Of a DNA stretch of 42,523 nucleotides, positions 1 to 12,089 are shown one piece after another (the first letter of the stretch is position 1; each line of letters begins with the position of its first letter). A model generated the notes under the pieces. The model saw only the letters and a program-made list of their open reading frames with translations, did no database searches and was not told the origin of the DNA. Made by a program: the position numbers and the translations under genes. Source of the stretch: Octopus bimaculoides (Eukaryota); contig NC_068982.1 of assembly GCF_001194135.2 (NCBI RefSeq), positions 11,213,919 through 11,256,441 of the forward strand, written 5' to 3'.

Positions 1-198
1 CCATATTTCTGTTGTGATGCTCTGTGTTTCTTTCAATTATTTTAAATATAACAAAGAATTTAGTAAAATAACTTTGTTATCATTAAGCTAGTGTTAGGAA
101 CATAGATTATGAGTAAGGTTTGGTGGAAGATTTTAATTTAAAACTTATGAAAACAAGACATTTGTACTACAGAGCCAGGTTGGTATCAAAAGGGTTAA
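1..198. mobile_element. piggyBac-like MITE (TTAA-flanked), copy 1, cut by window start
   Basis: Ends in tggtatcaaaaggg-TTAA. The body is nearly identical to 211-415. CCC...GGG termini inside TTAA are typical of piggyBac. Confidence 0.7.
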
Positions 199-210
199 AT
201 TAATCATTTG

Positions 211-415
211 TTAACCCTTTTCTTACCATATTTCTGTTGAGATGCTCTGTGTTTCTTTCAATTATTTTAAATATAACAAAGAATTCAGTAAAATAACATT
301 GTTATCATTAAGCTAGTGTTAGGAACATAAATTGTGACTAAGGTTTGGTGAAAGATTTTAATTTGTACTACAGAGCCAGAGGCAGTTTCAGGTGGGTTGG
401 TATCAAAAGCATTAA
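211..415. mobile_element. piggyBac-like MITE, copy 2
   Basis: Begins TTAA-cccttttcttacca and ends tggtatcaaaagca-TTAA (imperfect TIRs). Direct repeat of 1-198. Confidence 0.7.
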
Positions 416-710
416 AGAGTGTATTGGATGCCTCTTACATGGCACCGGCATTGGTGAATGACTTTGAGATTAGTTTTTATTTGATAAAGTATTAAGACAA
501 ACATAAAAATGTAAAACATACTTTTAAATGGCTATTTTTTAATTTTTTTTATGTATCCTGACACAAAGGAGAACACAAGAGCTAAGCCAAGTTGAGAGAG
601 TATGCCACATAACGACCTCTGAATACATGCTGCTGAAACTGGGGTGCATATGTTATGCTCATGTGTCTTTTCTGCTATCAAATATGATACTTTTAATAAG
701 TAGCACAGAT

Positions 711-790
711 TAGTTGTTTAGCCACAGGTCAACAATGATTGAACAGACCTATGATCAAAGGCATTTCAGTCATGACCATCCTGTCTTTTT
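711..790 (-). mobile_element. SINE 3' tail fragment (family F)
   Basis: Reverse complement matches the ggtcacggctagaatgtctttgatc...ctggggccaacaa tail seen at about 30225-30300. Confidence 0.55.
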
Positions 791-874
791 AGAGGTACAT
801 AGGACCATATTAGCTAATGTCTCTTTGTCATTTGAGACTTAGCTGTTATTTCTAGTAGGATGAGCAACCAATGT

Positions 875-971
875 AGAAGAAGAAGAAGAAGAAGAAGAAG
901 AAGAAGAAGAAGAAGAAGAAGAAGAAGAAGAAGAAGAAGAAGAAGAAGAAGAAGAAGCAGCAGCAGCAGCA
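875..971. repeat. (AGA)n then (AGC)n compound microsatellite
   Basis: Long pure AGA run followed by a few AGC units. It explains the poly-R and poly-L ORFs. Confidence 0.97.
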
Positions 972-1830
972 AAAGTGGTGATAGTCCCCTAAATATACAA
1001 TTTTTTTTTTTTATGATTAAGGGTTTTTGCAGTAAAGGGAATATTTTAGTTTCCTCTGTAACAAAAATACTTTCCATGGGTTATTATCCTAACCTTTATT
1101 CTATAACCCAGCAGTGAAATAAAAACATATTGATGAAAATTTTGGCTGCTTTCAGAAATTGAAGCACAACTGAAATGAATGGCTAACATAAATAATGCCC
1201 TGTACAGAGTTTTGAGATTAACTCAAATGAAAAATAAAAAGAGTTTTATCCATATTGAAGCATTTTCATATTTCCATTGAAAACTAACAGTTTCCTATTC
1301 CAAATATAAATCATAAAATAGCGTAGCCTATGGCTTCTTGCAACTCTAGTACCAATTCTAGGTTATGAATGTTGTAAAAATAGTAAGCTTTATTGAAATG
1401 AAAGGAAATATGCCAATTTTGTATGTAAAATGTAATGAAATAGAATAGTTTAGATAGCCTTAAGCTGACAAAGTTGATTGCTCTTTGACCATTCAAAATG
1501 ATTCTATTTTGATAGCTTTCATTCTTGACTCAGTTTCAAAATGCTATTCTGAAAACATCTTTCCTCAAGAAATCTTGAGAATTTTCTCATAATTTTGTCT
1601 TTTGTTCTACATTTATAAACATACTAAAAGTGGTAAACTTGCTGGCGTTTCTAATATAGAAAATATCTGCTGATTCTGAAAGCTAAACGATGATTTCGAC
1701 GTGTAAATCATTTTGTAAACCTCCTCCAAAACAATAAGACATTCATATTTCTTTACAAATAGAAAGAAACAAAAACAAATATTTTTCTGCTTTCTAGATA
1801 AAAATAAAGTTATTTATCTTTCATCATTTA

Positions 1831-2230
1831 TCTTTTACTTGTTTCAGTTATTAGACTGTGGCCATACTGGGGCACTGTCTTGAAGAATTTTCAACAAATG
1901 AATCAACCCCAATATTTATTTTTAAACCAGGTGCTTATTCTGTCGGTCTTTTTTGCCAAACTGCTAAGTTACTGCTAAGCACACCAGCACAGATTGTGAA
2001 GCGGTGGAGTAGGGGGAGGGACAAAAACAGACACAAAGATACACACAGATATGTATGCATATACCCTAAGGGCTTCTTTCAGTTTCTGTGTACCGATTTC
2101 CACTCACAAAGCTTTGGTTGGCCCAAGGCTACAGCAAAAGACACTTGCCCAAGGTACCATGCAGTGGGACTGAACCTGGTACCATGTGATTGGTAAGCAA
2201 ACTTCTTGCCACACATCCACACCTGCACCT
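1831..2230 (-). mobile_element. tRNA/CORE-like SINE family A
   Basis: Reverse complement of the ggcgcaggagtggctgtgtggtaag...accttgggcaagtgtctt...gaaacaagtaaaag element repeated throughout the window. Confidence 0.85.
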
Positions 2231-3499
2231 ATTTGATTAAATTTTAATCATTACAGAAAGGAAACCTTATTTATTTTTTTTTATTTTCATTTATTTTCAA
2301 AAAACTGTACAAACAACACAAAGGTATACTTTCACCAGTTTAAGATTCAAAATTAGCTTTTCAGATCTAGGACTGGTATGAAAAGCAGCAATAAATTAAT
2401 GACAAGTGGTTGTATTGACATAAAAATAACCATAGTTTTTATTATTTTCATCTCTAGTATGAATAAAATAGGAGGGAAGAAGTGTCAACATTTAGAAGTG
2501 GTGTTTATCTGATAGGGAAATTCATATTTATCAGTCTTATTTTATCATTGTTCCACATTCTGATGACCTGAAATCTATATTGACATACCTAAATAATAAA
2601 CTAACAAACTATACAAAAGAAAAATTACTGCAAAAGGAGGGGGAAAAAAAACAAAATCTAAAGGTCAATGTAATTGAGAGCAGAGAAAAAAAAGAAGAGT
2701 AGAGAAAAATGGTGATAACAGGAGGGAAAATATCAGTAATAAAACTGAAATGTCAGGTATGAATAACACATTGAAACTTCAAGAAACCACCCTTTGAAGA
2801 AACTTCAAAGATTTTGAAATATCTGTCTGAAAGTATTTTACTGATGGAAGGCAAAACTAATCAGAGCGAAGGGAAGGAAAAAAAATACATTTTACTACCA
2901 AAAGTGATGGTGAATATATATCAAGAATTATCAATTGGAATCTTGAAAATCTCCTTTCAAATAATCGATAATTTTTATGTTCCTATGCCAAATCTAATAT
3001 TGTAATATCGGTTATTTATCTATATTCATTTATGTTTGGTGTCAAATGCACTGAGTAATGCTGATAGTCGGCATAAGTAAAAAACGAAAATCTACTTTCT
3101 ATAAAAGGAAGAAAAAAATACAGAAAATAAAAAAGGAAGCAAAAAATCATTTGTGATAAATTCAATATTTTCACTTGTCACGAAGTAAATTTAGATCAAT
3201 ATTTATCACCAATTATTTATTTTTCTATTTGTTTTTCAGTTGTGCTTCTGATGCAAAATCATTTAATAATGATATTTTTTTTTTATAAGATGGCTAAAAG
3301 AATTAATTATCAATGACATTTGTTAATATGCGTTAAATAGATTTTGTGAGAAACAAAAAAATAGTAGATGCAATCCTAATAAACCTTTTACAAATTGCCT
3401 ATCACACAAGTGTATTATTAGCTAGTTAGTGAAAATAGAATTAAAAAAAAAAAGTAATTTACTTTTCCACAAGAAACAATTATCATCATTATACATAAG

Positions 3500-3610
3500 T
3501 AGATAGATAGAGAGTGAGAGTGAGAGACGTAGATAGATAGAGATAGATAGGTTAGTAGGTTGGTAGGTTGGTAGGGAGGTAGGTAATTAGATAGATAGAT
3601 AGATAGATAT
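3500..3610. repeat. (TAGA)n/(TAGG)n microsatellite
   Basis: Direct reading of tetranucleotide runs. Confidence 0.9.
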
Positions 3611-3949
3611 GTTTATTAGCCACACAGGGCTGAACACAGAGGGGACAAGTTACAAAGTAGAGCTTTTCTTTTTGGGGAGGAGAAGGAAGAAAAAACAGGG
3701 GGGAGTAGATTTTCAATCAAAAGGGATCATAAAAGAAAAAAACGATCGACGGGGATCATGTATCACAGAAATACGAATTGTGTATCACACACACACACAC
3801 ACCGACATGTGTGTATGTGTGCGTGCGTATACAAGATCTGATCAAACGGTATAAGGACTTTCACTGTGATAACAAAGCTAGATAAAGTAGAGAGGAGCCA
3901 CTTGGCAACATTGACCTTCAACTCTCTAACTCATTTCTCTTGTTTATAG

Positions 3950-4022
3950 CCGTGCTTGGGACTGAACCTGGAACCATGTGGTTAAGAAGCAAGCTTCTTA
4001 CCACACAGCCACTCCTGCGCCT
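3950..4022 (-). mobile_element. SINE family A head fragment
   Basis: ...ggaaccatgtggtt...accacacagccactcctgcgcct is the reverse complement of the family A head. Confidence 0.8.
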
Positions 4023-4253
4023 ATATATATATATATATATAGGTAAAGTAAAATTTAGAGGTAATACTTGACAATTGTAAGCACCTGTGTATGCCAGCTC
4101 GTGGTTGAGGTGAAAGAATAAATTGTATGGATTTACAATTTATATATATATATATATATATATATGTCTTTGCCTACATATAAATACACACACACACACA
4201 TTAGATAATGAAGTCCTAGATACACGTTGTGTAAAAGTACCCCACACCGTTGA

Positions 4254-4425
4254 TTGACAACCGATGTTGATGTATTTACGTCCCCGTCACTTAGCGGTTC
4301 AACAAAAAGAGACCGATAGGATAAGTACTAGTCTTACAAATAATAAGTCCTGAGGTAAATTTGTGTGACTAAAGGTGGTGCTCCAGCACGGCCACACTCA
4401 AATGACTGAAACAAGTAAAAGAATA
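4254..4425 (+). mobile_element. SINE family A 3' module
   Basis: ttgacaaccgatg...acgtccccg...aaatgactgaaacaagtaaaag. Confidence 0.8.
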
Positions 4426-4491
4426 TACTAGTGGGACCCATGGAAATTCCACAGAACAAAAAATATTAAGAGAAACTATCTAAGAAAGAAA

Positions 4492-4940
4492 GGCGCAGGA
4501 GTGGCTGTGTAGTAAGTAGCTTGCTTACCAACCATATGGTCCCGGGTTCAGTCCCACTGCGTGGCACCTTGGGCATGTGTCTTCTACTATAGCCTCAGGC
4601 CGACCAAAGCTTTGTGAGTGGATTTGGTAGACAGAAACTGGAAGAAGCCTGTCGTATATGTATATATATATATATATATATATAGGGGAGAATGTACGAA
4701 AAAAAACAACAACAGACGAGGACAGGTGGTGTAAACAACAGTGTCTGTTTGTCCCCCCAGCATCGCTTGACAACCTATGCTGGTGTGTTTGCGTCCCCGT
4801 AACTTAGCAGTTCAGCAAAAGAGACAGATAGAATAAGTACTAGGCTTACAAAGAATAAGCTCTGGGGTCGATTTGGTCGACTATAAAGGCAGTGCTCCAG
4901 CATGGCCACAGTCAAATGACTGAAACAAGTAAAAGAGTAA
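4492..4940 (+). mobile_element. SINE family A, full length
   Basis: tRNA-like head with B-box-like gggttcagtccc, CORE-like accttgggca motif, internal (TA)n, and 3' module ending gaaacaagtaaaagag. Confidence 0.9.
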
Positions 4941-5029
4941 CAATTTTCATTTTCATTTTTATTTTGCTCAGTTATTTTACTACCAGACACAATAATATAT
5001 TATACAATTTTGAAATTTCCCTCTGCTAA

Positions 5030-5790
5030 TCACTTTGTATTTCTCTCTTTCTCTCTATCTCTTCAACAATCTTTTTAACTATGTAATTCCCCACTTCATG
5101 TCTTTAACATTTCTCTCTTTCTTTTCACTTCCACTAATCATATGAATGACAGCATAATGCATCAGCTGGTTATCTGATCTATCACTCACTCACTCTCACA
5201 TTCCCTCTTCCTCTTTCTTGATCCACCTCCTCCTCCTGTCTAACAAACTAAAGTGTAAAATCGGAACAAACAGGTAGAAAAATGATATTAAAGATTTAGT
5301 TCAATAAAAAAAAGACTTTTCACTATCAATACACTATCACCACCCCACCACCATCGTCACAATAGTTTTCAGTATCAAAGCTCATTTCATTTCAGTTAGT
5401 TCAGCTGTTTGTTTATATCTACTTTTTCTTGTTGTTGCTGTATCTCTACTCTCACAATACAAACGCTATCTGCCTCTCTCTCTCTTTCAATGTAATCGCC
5501 TCCGCCATCCATCTCTCTATCTACCCTTCTTTAACCTTACCACCAGAACATCACCCTCTGCTAAATATTGTATCCTAAACATATCTCTTTCCCTTTACCT
5601 TTCCATCCCCACCCTACCACAAGTCGTTAACACTTTTCTCTCTCTGTCTTTTCTCTCACCATCATTTTCTCTCACTTTTTGCCTTAGTCTATTATTATAT
5701 TCCTCTCTTCTTCCTTCTCTACTCACATTCCTCTACCTCTTTCTCACTTTTACTCTGCCTCTCACTCACTCCACCTCTCTAACTAACTAA
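5030..5790. repeat. CT-rich low-complexity region
   Basis: Strong pyrimidine bias with degenerate ctct/cact/ccac units. Confidence 0.7.
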
Positions 5791-5832
5791 AGTATTACCA
5801 GCAAATGAACAAGTAGATTATTATATATACAT

Positions 5833-6006
5833 NNNNNNNNNNNNNNNNNNNNNNNNNNNNNNNNNNNNNNNNNNNNNNNNNNNNNNNNNNNNNNNNNNNN
5901 NNNNNNNNNNNNNNNNNNNNNNNNNNNNNNNNNNNNNNNNNNNNNNNNNNNNNNNNNNNNNNNNNNNNNNNNNNNNNNNNNNNNNNNNNNNNNNNNNNNN
6001 NNNNNN
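5833..6006. other. assembly gap
   Basis: N run. Confidence 1.
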
Positions 6007-6719
6007 AAAGAATGACAGACTTTGTAGAATACAGGACTAAATATCCGGTAGTATTTGGTTGTATTCTTTTACATTCTGAACTGAAATCCTACTCCCCTCA
6101 ACTTTGCCTTTCTTCTTACTAAGCTCATAAAAAAAAAGTAATCAATGATGCACTGGCGTCCCAGCATGGTCGCAATCAAATGACTGAAACCAAAAAAATA
6201 ACAAAAGAACAGAAGATGTATGTCTATTGTTTAGTCTGTAATTTATACTTTAAACATTTGAGAACTGAGAAATATGACTATGGTAAACATTTTTTTTTTC
6301 TCTCACCAATGCTCAAGTTTGTTATTGATTTTGAAAAAAAAAATATCAACACAAAACACAATAATATTTTGTACTTATCTGTAATATAACCATATACAAG
6401 GATAAAGAATTTTGTGAAGATCAAAGCCTGGCATAGATGAAAGGTTGTTGTTGTTGTTATTGTTCTGTTTTTATGTCTTCTTCTGGATATTGATCCGTTG
6501 ATCATATATGATCACTCTGTCCTATACACAAACAAACCTCTAACAGGTAACCTATTATTTACTGTCAGTTATTATTTTGGATGATCTAAAGCTATATGGC
6601 CCAGTTCAGTGCTTCATTGATTGGAGTTTTAAGATTAGATCACACACAATGGGATTTGAACTCAGAATAAAGAGGGAGAAAATTAAGCACAGCTACTCTA
6701 CTGCTTTATAAATCATAAC

Positions 6720-6930
6720 CATGGTTTCAAACTTTGCAGAAAGCTTGAAATTATAAGTGAGAAATGTATCTGATTAAACTGCTTTTCTAGCACTTGACTG
6801 ATAGTTATTTTATCAATATTCACCTCAGAAGGAGTAATAAAGCAAAGCCTGGTATGGTTTGAACTCAGAATATAAAAACAGACAAGCATTTTGTCTAGCA
6901 GTCAAACGGTTCAGCCAGCTCACAGCCTTG
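6720..6930 (-). mobile_element. SINE family B, degenerate
   Basis: tttgaactcagaa and gccagctcacagcct match the family B reverse complement. Confidence 0.55.
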
Positions 6931-6967
6931 ATAACAACAACAACAACACCAATAATAATAATAATAA

Positions 6968-7180
6968 TAATCCTTTCTACTAAAGCCACAAGGCCTGAAA
7001 TTTTGCAGGAGGGGAGTAGTTGATTACATCGACCCCTGTGTTTCTCTGGTACTTAATTTATCGACCCCAGTGTTTCTCTGGTACTTAATTTATCGACCCC
7101 AAAAGGAGGAAAGGCAAAGTCGACTTCAGTGGAATTTGAACTCAGAACGCAGTGACAGGAGAAATATTGCTAAGCAATAT
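6968..7180 (-). mobile_element. SINE family B (tRNA head, cctttcatcc..ggggtcgataa core), 5'-truncated
   Basis: aatcctttctac tail, aaaggcaaagtcgac...gaatttgaactcagaac core. Carries a 32-bp internal duplication. Confidence 0.85.
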
Positions 7181-7398
7181 TAATCCTTTCTACTATAGGC
7201 ACAAGGCTTGAAATTTTGAGTGAAGGGGGAAAGTCAATTACATCAACCCCAGTGTATAACTGGTACTTATTACATCGACCTCGAAAGGATGAAAGACAAA
7301 GTCGACCTCAGTGGAATTTGAACTCAGAACGTAAAGACAGAAGAAATGTCACTAAGCATTTCGCCCAGTGTGCTAACGATTCTGCCAGCTCACCACCT
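7181..7398 (-). mobile_element. SINE family B, full length
   Basis: Runs from the tail to the head (gattctgccagctcaccacc). Confidence 0.85.
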
Positions 7399-7411
7399 TA
7401 ATAATAATAAC

Positions 7412-7615
7412 AATCCTTTATACTATAGGCACAAGGCCTGAAATTTTGGCAGGAGCTGTAGAGTTGATTACTCAACCGGTACTTATTTTTTCGAGCCCTG
7501 AAGGGATGAAAAGCAAAGCTCACCTCAGCAGAATTTGAACTTAGAACATGAAGACAAACAAGATACTGCTAAGCCTTTTGCCTGTTGTGCTAACAATTCT
7601 GCCAGCTCACCACCT
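7412..7615 (-). mobile_element. SINE family B, full length
   Basis: Third adjacent copy in the same orientation. Confidence 0.85.
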
Positions 7616-7616
7616 T

Positions 7617-8328
7617 CATCATCATCATCATCATCATCGTTTAACGTCCGCTTTCCATGCTAGCATGGGTTGGACGATTTGACTGAGGACTGGTGAAACC
7701 GGATGGCAACACCAGGCTCCAGTCTGATTTGGCAGAGTTTCTACAGCTGGATGCCCTTCCCAACGCCAACCACTCAGAGAGTGTAGTGGGTGCTTTNNNN
7801 NNNNNNNNNNNNNNNNNNNNNNNNNNNNNNNNNNNNNNNNNNNNNNNNNNNNNNNNNNNNNNNNNNNNNNNNNNNNNNNNNNNNNNNNNNNNNNNNNNNN
7901 NNNNNNNNNNNNNNNNNNNNNNNNNNNNNNNNNNNNNNNNNNNNNNNNNNNNNNNNNNNNNNNNNNNNNNNNNNNNNNNNNNNNNNNNNNNNNNNNNNNN
8001 NNNNNNNNNNNNNNNNNNNNNNNNNNNNNNNNNNNNNNNNNNNNNNNNNNNNNNNNNNNNNNNNNNNNNNNNNNNNNNNNNNNNNNNNNNNNNNNNNNNN
8101 NNNNNNNNNNNNNNNNNNNNNNNNNNNNNNNNNNNNNNNNNNNNNNNNNNNNNNNNNNNNNNNNNNNNNNNNNNNNNNNNNNNNNNNNNNNNNNNNNNNN
8201 NNNNNNNNNNNNNNNNNNNNNNNNNNNNNNNNNNNNNNNNNNNNNNNNNNACCACATGTCCATACCAGCGCAATCGTCTCTCTTGCACGCCACAACTGAT
8301 GCTTCTAATGTTCAGCTTTTCTCTCAAG
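7617..8328 (-). mobile_element. RTE-clade LINE, 5'-truncated 3' end, partly in gap
   Basis: Minus strand translates REKLNIRSISCGVQERRLRWYGHV, matching the RLRW(Y/F)GHV motif at the RTE ORF C-terminus. The 3' end is the ...acccatgctagcatggaaagcggacgttaaacgatgatgatg tail. Confidence 0.85.
7797..8250. other. assembly gap
   Basis: N run. Confidence 1.

Positions 8329-8329
<1 letters not shown>

Positions 8330-8387
<58 letters not shown>
8330..8387. repeat. (TAA)n microsatellite
   Basis: Direct reading. Confidence 0.95.
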
Positions 8388-8388
<1 letters not shown>

Positions 8389-8922
8389 ATGAACTCGAAA
8401 CAATGTTATAAATTATCAAATTCACACTAAGATGTCAATAGGTAGTGTTACTAATGTATATATAATACACATGTTGACCTTTCATATATTTTTCAACCAT
8501 GCATTAAAAACATCACATACAAAACATTAAAACGTTATGATATTCAGAAATCATAATGGAATAATTGTGTAAATGTGATTTTCATGCTGAAAAGTATTTC
8601 AATAATTCTTAATAGTTGAGCAATAAGTTTCCTTTTAGCTGACTCTGGTTGGGAAAAGTTCATGTTGTCAATAAAAAGTAACTCAGGAAAAAAATGTACA
8701 TGGAAAAAAAATTTGCAACTGAGAATTTGCAACCTAGCCTTTCTCTCTCCCACTCTATCTACCTGTTACTACACACCCACATTCACATACCAGTACACTA
8801 CACCTTTACTACCACAATGCCACTAATTCAGAGGTTCTCTTCCAGGGTTCATATGAGCCTTGGTAGGGCAATAAAATGTTATTGTTAAAATTTATGTATA
8901 ATAGATTGGTTATACTTCTGCA

Positions 8923-9135
8923 ATCATCATCATCGTTTAACGTCCGCTTTCCATGCTAGCATGGGTTGGACGATTTGACTGGGGACTGGGGAGCCAGATG
9001 ACTGCACCAGGCTCCAATCTGATCTGGCAGAGTTTCTACAGCTGGATGCCCTTCCTAATGCCAACCACTCCGAGAGTGTAGTGGGTGTTTTTACGTGCCA
9101 CCAGCACAAGGGCCAGTCACACGGTACTGGCAAAC
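8923..9135 (-). mobile_element. RTE-tail element (family C)
   Basis: Same 3' sequence as 7617-7796, with a (TCA)n tail. Confidence 0.85.
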
Positions 9136-9149
9136 AATTCCTAATAATG

Positions 9150-9362
9150 ATTTCAAACTTTTGCCACAAGGGCAGCTTGGGGGAAGGTATTAAGTCAATT
9201 ACATCGATCCCAGTGCATAACTGGCACTTATTTAATCGACCCCGAAAGAGTCAAAGACAAAATCGATCTCAGCGGAATTTGAACTCAGAATGTAGCGGCT
9301 GAGGAAATACCGCTAAGCATTTTACTCGACGTGCTAATGATTCTGCCAGCTCACCGCCTTAA
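9150..9362 (-). mobile_element. SINE family B
   Basis: ...gaatttgaactcagaa...gaaataccgctaagcattt...gattctgccagctcaccgcc. Confidence 0.85.
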
Positions 9363-9539
9363 CGATTGCTAATAATATTTGATTATAAAAATATAATGGG
9401 ATTGTTTAAACACCAAAATGGCTATGAGGATCCACTTGAGTAAAATAGAAACTGAAGGGGTCCACAGGTAAAAACTAATTGCGAAACACTGCACTAGTTG
9501 GACACTTGGGTCAGTTTAGTCATCTATATTCTCTTTAAA

Positions 9540-9857
9540 GGAGGCGCAATGGCCAGTGGTTAGAGCAGTGGACTTGCGGTCGGAGGATTGCGGTTTCAAT
9601 TCCCAGACCGGGCGTTGTGTATGTTTATTGAGCGAAAACACCTAAAGCTCCATGAGGCTCCAGCAGGGAGTGGTGGCGACCCCTGTTGTACTTTTTCGCC
9701 CCAACTTTCTCTCACTCTTTCTTCCTGTTTCTTGAGTAATGCTGCAATGGACTGGCGTCCCGTCCAGCTGGGAGGGAACACATATGCCATAGAAACTGGG
9801 AAACCGGGCCCATGAGCCTGGCTAGGCTTTAAAAGGGCACATAAATAAATAAATAAT
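9540..9857 (+). mobile_element. tRNA-derived SINE family D with V-domain-like 3' module
   Basis: ggaggcgcaatggccagtggttag head, B-box-like ggtttcaattccc, gcaatggactggcgtcccgtccag (V-SINE-like from memory), (TAAA)n tail. Confidence 0.8.
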
Positions 9858-10007
9858 TCTCTTTAAAACCTGACTAATCATTTGTAATGTTGAGTTAACT
9901 AAGGGGACTGCTAAACTTGCATGTTACATTGGAATAATAGTAATTTCTAAGATGGTCCAAAGCTACACATTTCTTTGGGAAGACATAGTAGAGTATATTG
10001 AATAAAC

Positions 10008-10398
10008 ACAGCTGTGGCTGTGTGGTAAGAAGTTTGCTTCCCAGCCACATGGTTCAGGGTTCAGTTCTACTGCATGGCCCCTTTAACAAGTGTATTCAGC
10101 GATAGCCTTGGGCCAACCAAAGCCTTGTAAGTAAATTTGGTAGATGGAAAATGAAAGAAGCCCATCATGTGTGTGTGTGTGTGTCTTTGGTCTGCGTTTG
10201 TCCCCCACCACCACCACTTGACAACCAGTGTTGGTGTGTTTATGTCTTTGTAACTTAGCAGATCGGCAAAAGAGACTGATAGAAAAAAAGCATCAGGCTC
10301 TAAGAAATGAGTACTGAGGTCAATTTGTTCCAACTAACAAAAAGGTTTTCCAAACCAGTGCCCCAGCATGGCCACAGTCTAAGGACTGAAACAAGTGG
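10008..10398 (+). mobile_element. SINE family A, diverged
   Basis: Head, (TG)n and 3' module all recognisable. Confidence 0.8.
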
Positions 10399-11799
10399 AA
10401 GGTCAAAAGTGGCACCAATTTTGTTGATACATGGAGAATGAAGGGAAAATTGACCCCTAGAAGAATTCTGAACTCAGAACATAAAAAGACATTGCTAAAT
10501 TCTGTGAGGAATTTTGTCCAACTGGCTTCATATTCTGTCACAGAAGTATGGACATAATAATGTTTTATTTTCATTGAAGAAGAAAAACAACCTGCAAGTG
10601 AGAGGTGTGCACTGTCGCAAATTACATTGTCTCAATGAATTTTCTCTGTTTTATTACCATTCTATTTCTAGGAAAATATCTCTCTTTCAGAATGTTTCTC
10701 CAACTAATTGTCTGTGGGGGGGGGGGAGTAGAAGACCTTATGACTTTCCGCCTGTAATACTAGAACAAGTAAAAGGCACAGCTGGTGATAAATAGCCGGT
10801 GTGAGTTATTTTGATTGATAGGACTACAAGGCTATCTTGCTGAGAAGAATATCATTTACTGTGACATTTCTTTCGGGAACATACATAATGATTGTTACTA
10901 GCTTAATATTACCTTACAGCAGTGTAATAGAAATAACCTATTTTCGATTTGTATATAGCAATGAACATTTTGCAGATAGATGGATTGACTAACCTACCAT
11001 ATATATATATATATCTATATATATAAGAAGTAAGAAATATATATAGATATTTTTGTATATAAACTGAATTTGCCTGGCTTACTTGCAAATTTAAAACCTG
11101 TCCATTTGTAATAGACAATGAAAGAAGAATAAATCATGAATGGCACAGCAAATAGACTACTTGTTCGCTTTATCAAATCTCCCATCTCTCTTTCTCTCTC
11201 TCTCTCTCTCTGCTAGTTCCCTTCTTACACACACACACTTACAGAAGCATGCATATTTATGTTCTTCTGCAATATGTGGCAGGGAAGTTTGATATAAACA
11301 TTTTACTGAATAAGAGCTGCATGATATTAATATAGTTGGGTGGAAAAGAGAGAATTTACTGCAAGATGATAAGAGATAATTGTTTAGTCACAGTTGACTA
11401 GATAATAACAATAACAGCCATGATTACAATGTAGGTTTAATAACCTCAGAAGACAACAGGATTAGAGAAAGAGTGAGAACAAGAGGAAGAGAGAGAGGGG
11501 GGGGTGATTAATAGAAAGGAGGCGGAGAAAGATGGGGAGATAAAGAAGGAAAGAATATATGTAATAATAGAAATTGAGAGAGAAGAGAACCTAGAAAGGC
11601 AAGTCAAAAAATAGGTAAATGGTTTGTGTGAGAATTAATCTGGAGAGATTTGGTTGTTATTCTCCTTATACTAGAGAAGATGGAAGCATTCATCATCAGT
11701 ATAGTGTATCCAATCAATAGAGCTAAAACTGCTTTAAGGCAGTCTTGTACTTCTCAACTGTAAATTATTAAAATTATTTAAAGATGATGGATTTGCTAA

Positions 11800-12067
11800 T
11801 ATTGTGTTGAGTCAAAAGTTTTGCAATATTTTGGTAGCTTATTTGGTTTATTCATCAAGTTATAACAAAAGCAGCCTAGCAACCAAAGTAGAGGCCATCG
11901 TGCTGCACAGTCTGAAGCCACATTTCTGTCCGTTCTTTGATCCATCACTGATACCAGTTTTTGTCCTTTGAGACAAAGAACTCCTTCACTGAGGCCTTCA
12001 CCTCTTCTTGGTTGATGCGGGATCACAAGAGTATGAAGTGAGCTATGGAGCAGAACAAGTAAAAATC
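11800..12067 (-). mobile_element. mariner transposase C-terminal fragment plus 3' TIR
   Basis: Minus strand reads DFYLFCSIAHF...INQEEVKASVKEFFVSKDKNWYQ*WIKERTEMWLQTVQHDGLYF. It ends at TA-ttgtgttgagtcaaaagttttgca, a mariner-like TIR next to TA. Confidence 0.8.
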
Positions 12068-12089
12068 CAAGGGAGGTTTTCTTTGCAGT

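Noticed and set aside
814-1117. Poly-Leu and poly-Arg ORFs
   Set aside because: Translation of the (AGA)n microsatellite, with no other coding signal.
1311-1496. Minus-strand ORF ending HNLELVLELQEAIGYAIL
   Set aside because: Short and unrecognised, with no partner exons.
2770-2970. Protein-like stretch NFKKPPFEETSKILKYLSES...SRIINWNLENLLSNNR
   Set aside because: It needs a frameshift in an A run, lacks a convincing acceptor and has no recognisable homology.
6968-7615. CRISPR-like or satellite array
   Set aside because: The units are whole diverged SINEs in a eukaryotic context, with no repeat-spacer structure.
7634-8430. Long ORFs here and at 31185-31793 and 37475-38629
   Set aside because: They are artefacts of N gaps read as X. 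Only the RTE motif at 8251-8327 is real.
10677-10806. Possible exon (tttcag acceptor, gtgagt donor)
   Set aside because: It contains a poly-G run and in-frame stops, and has no homology.
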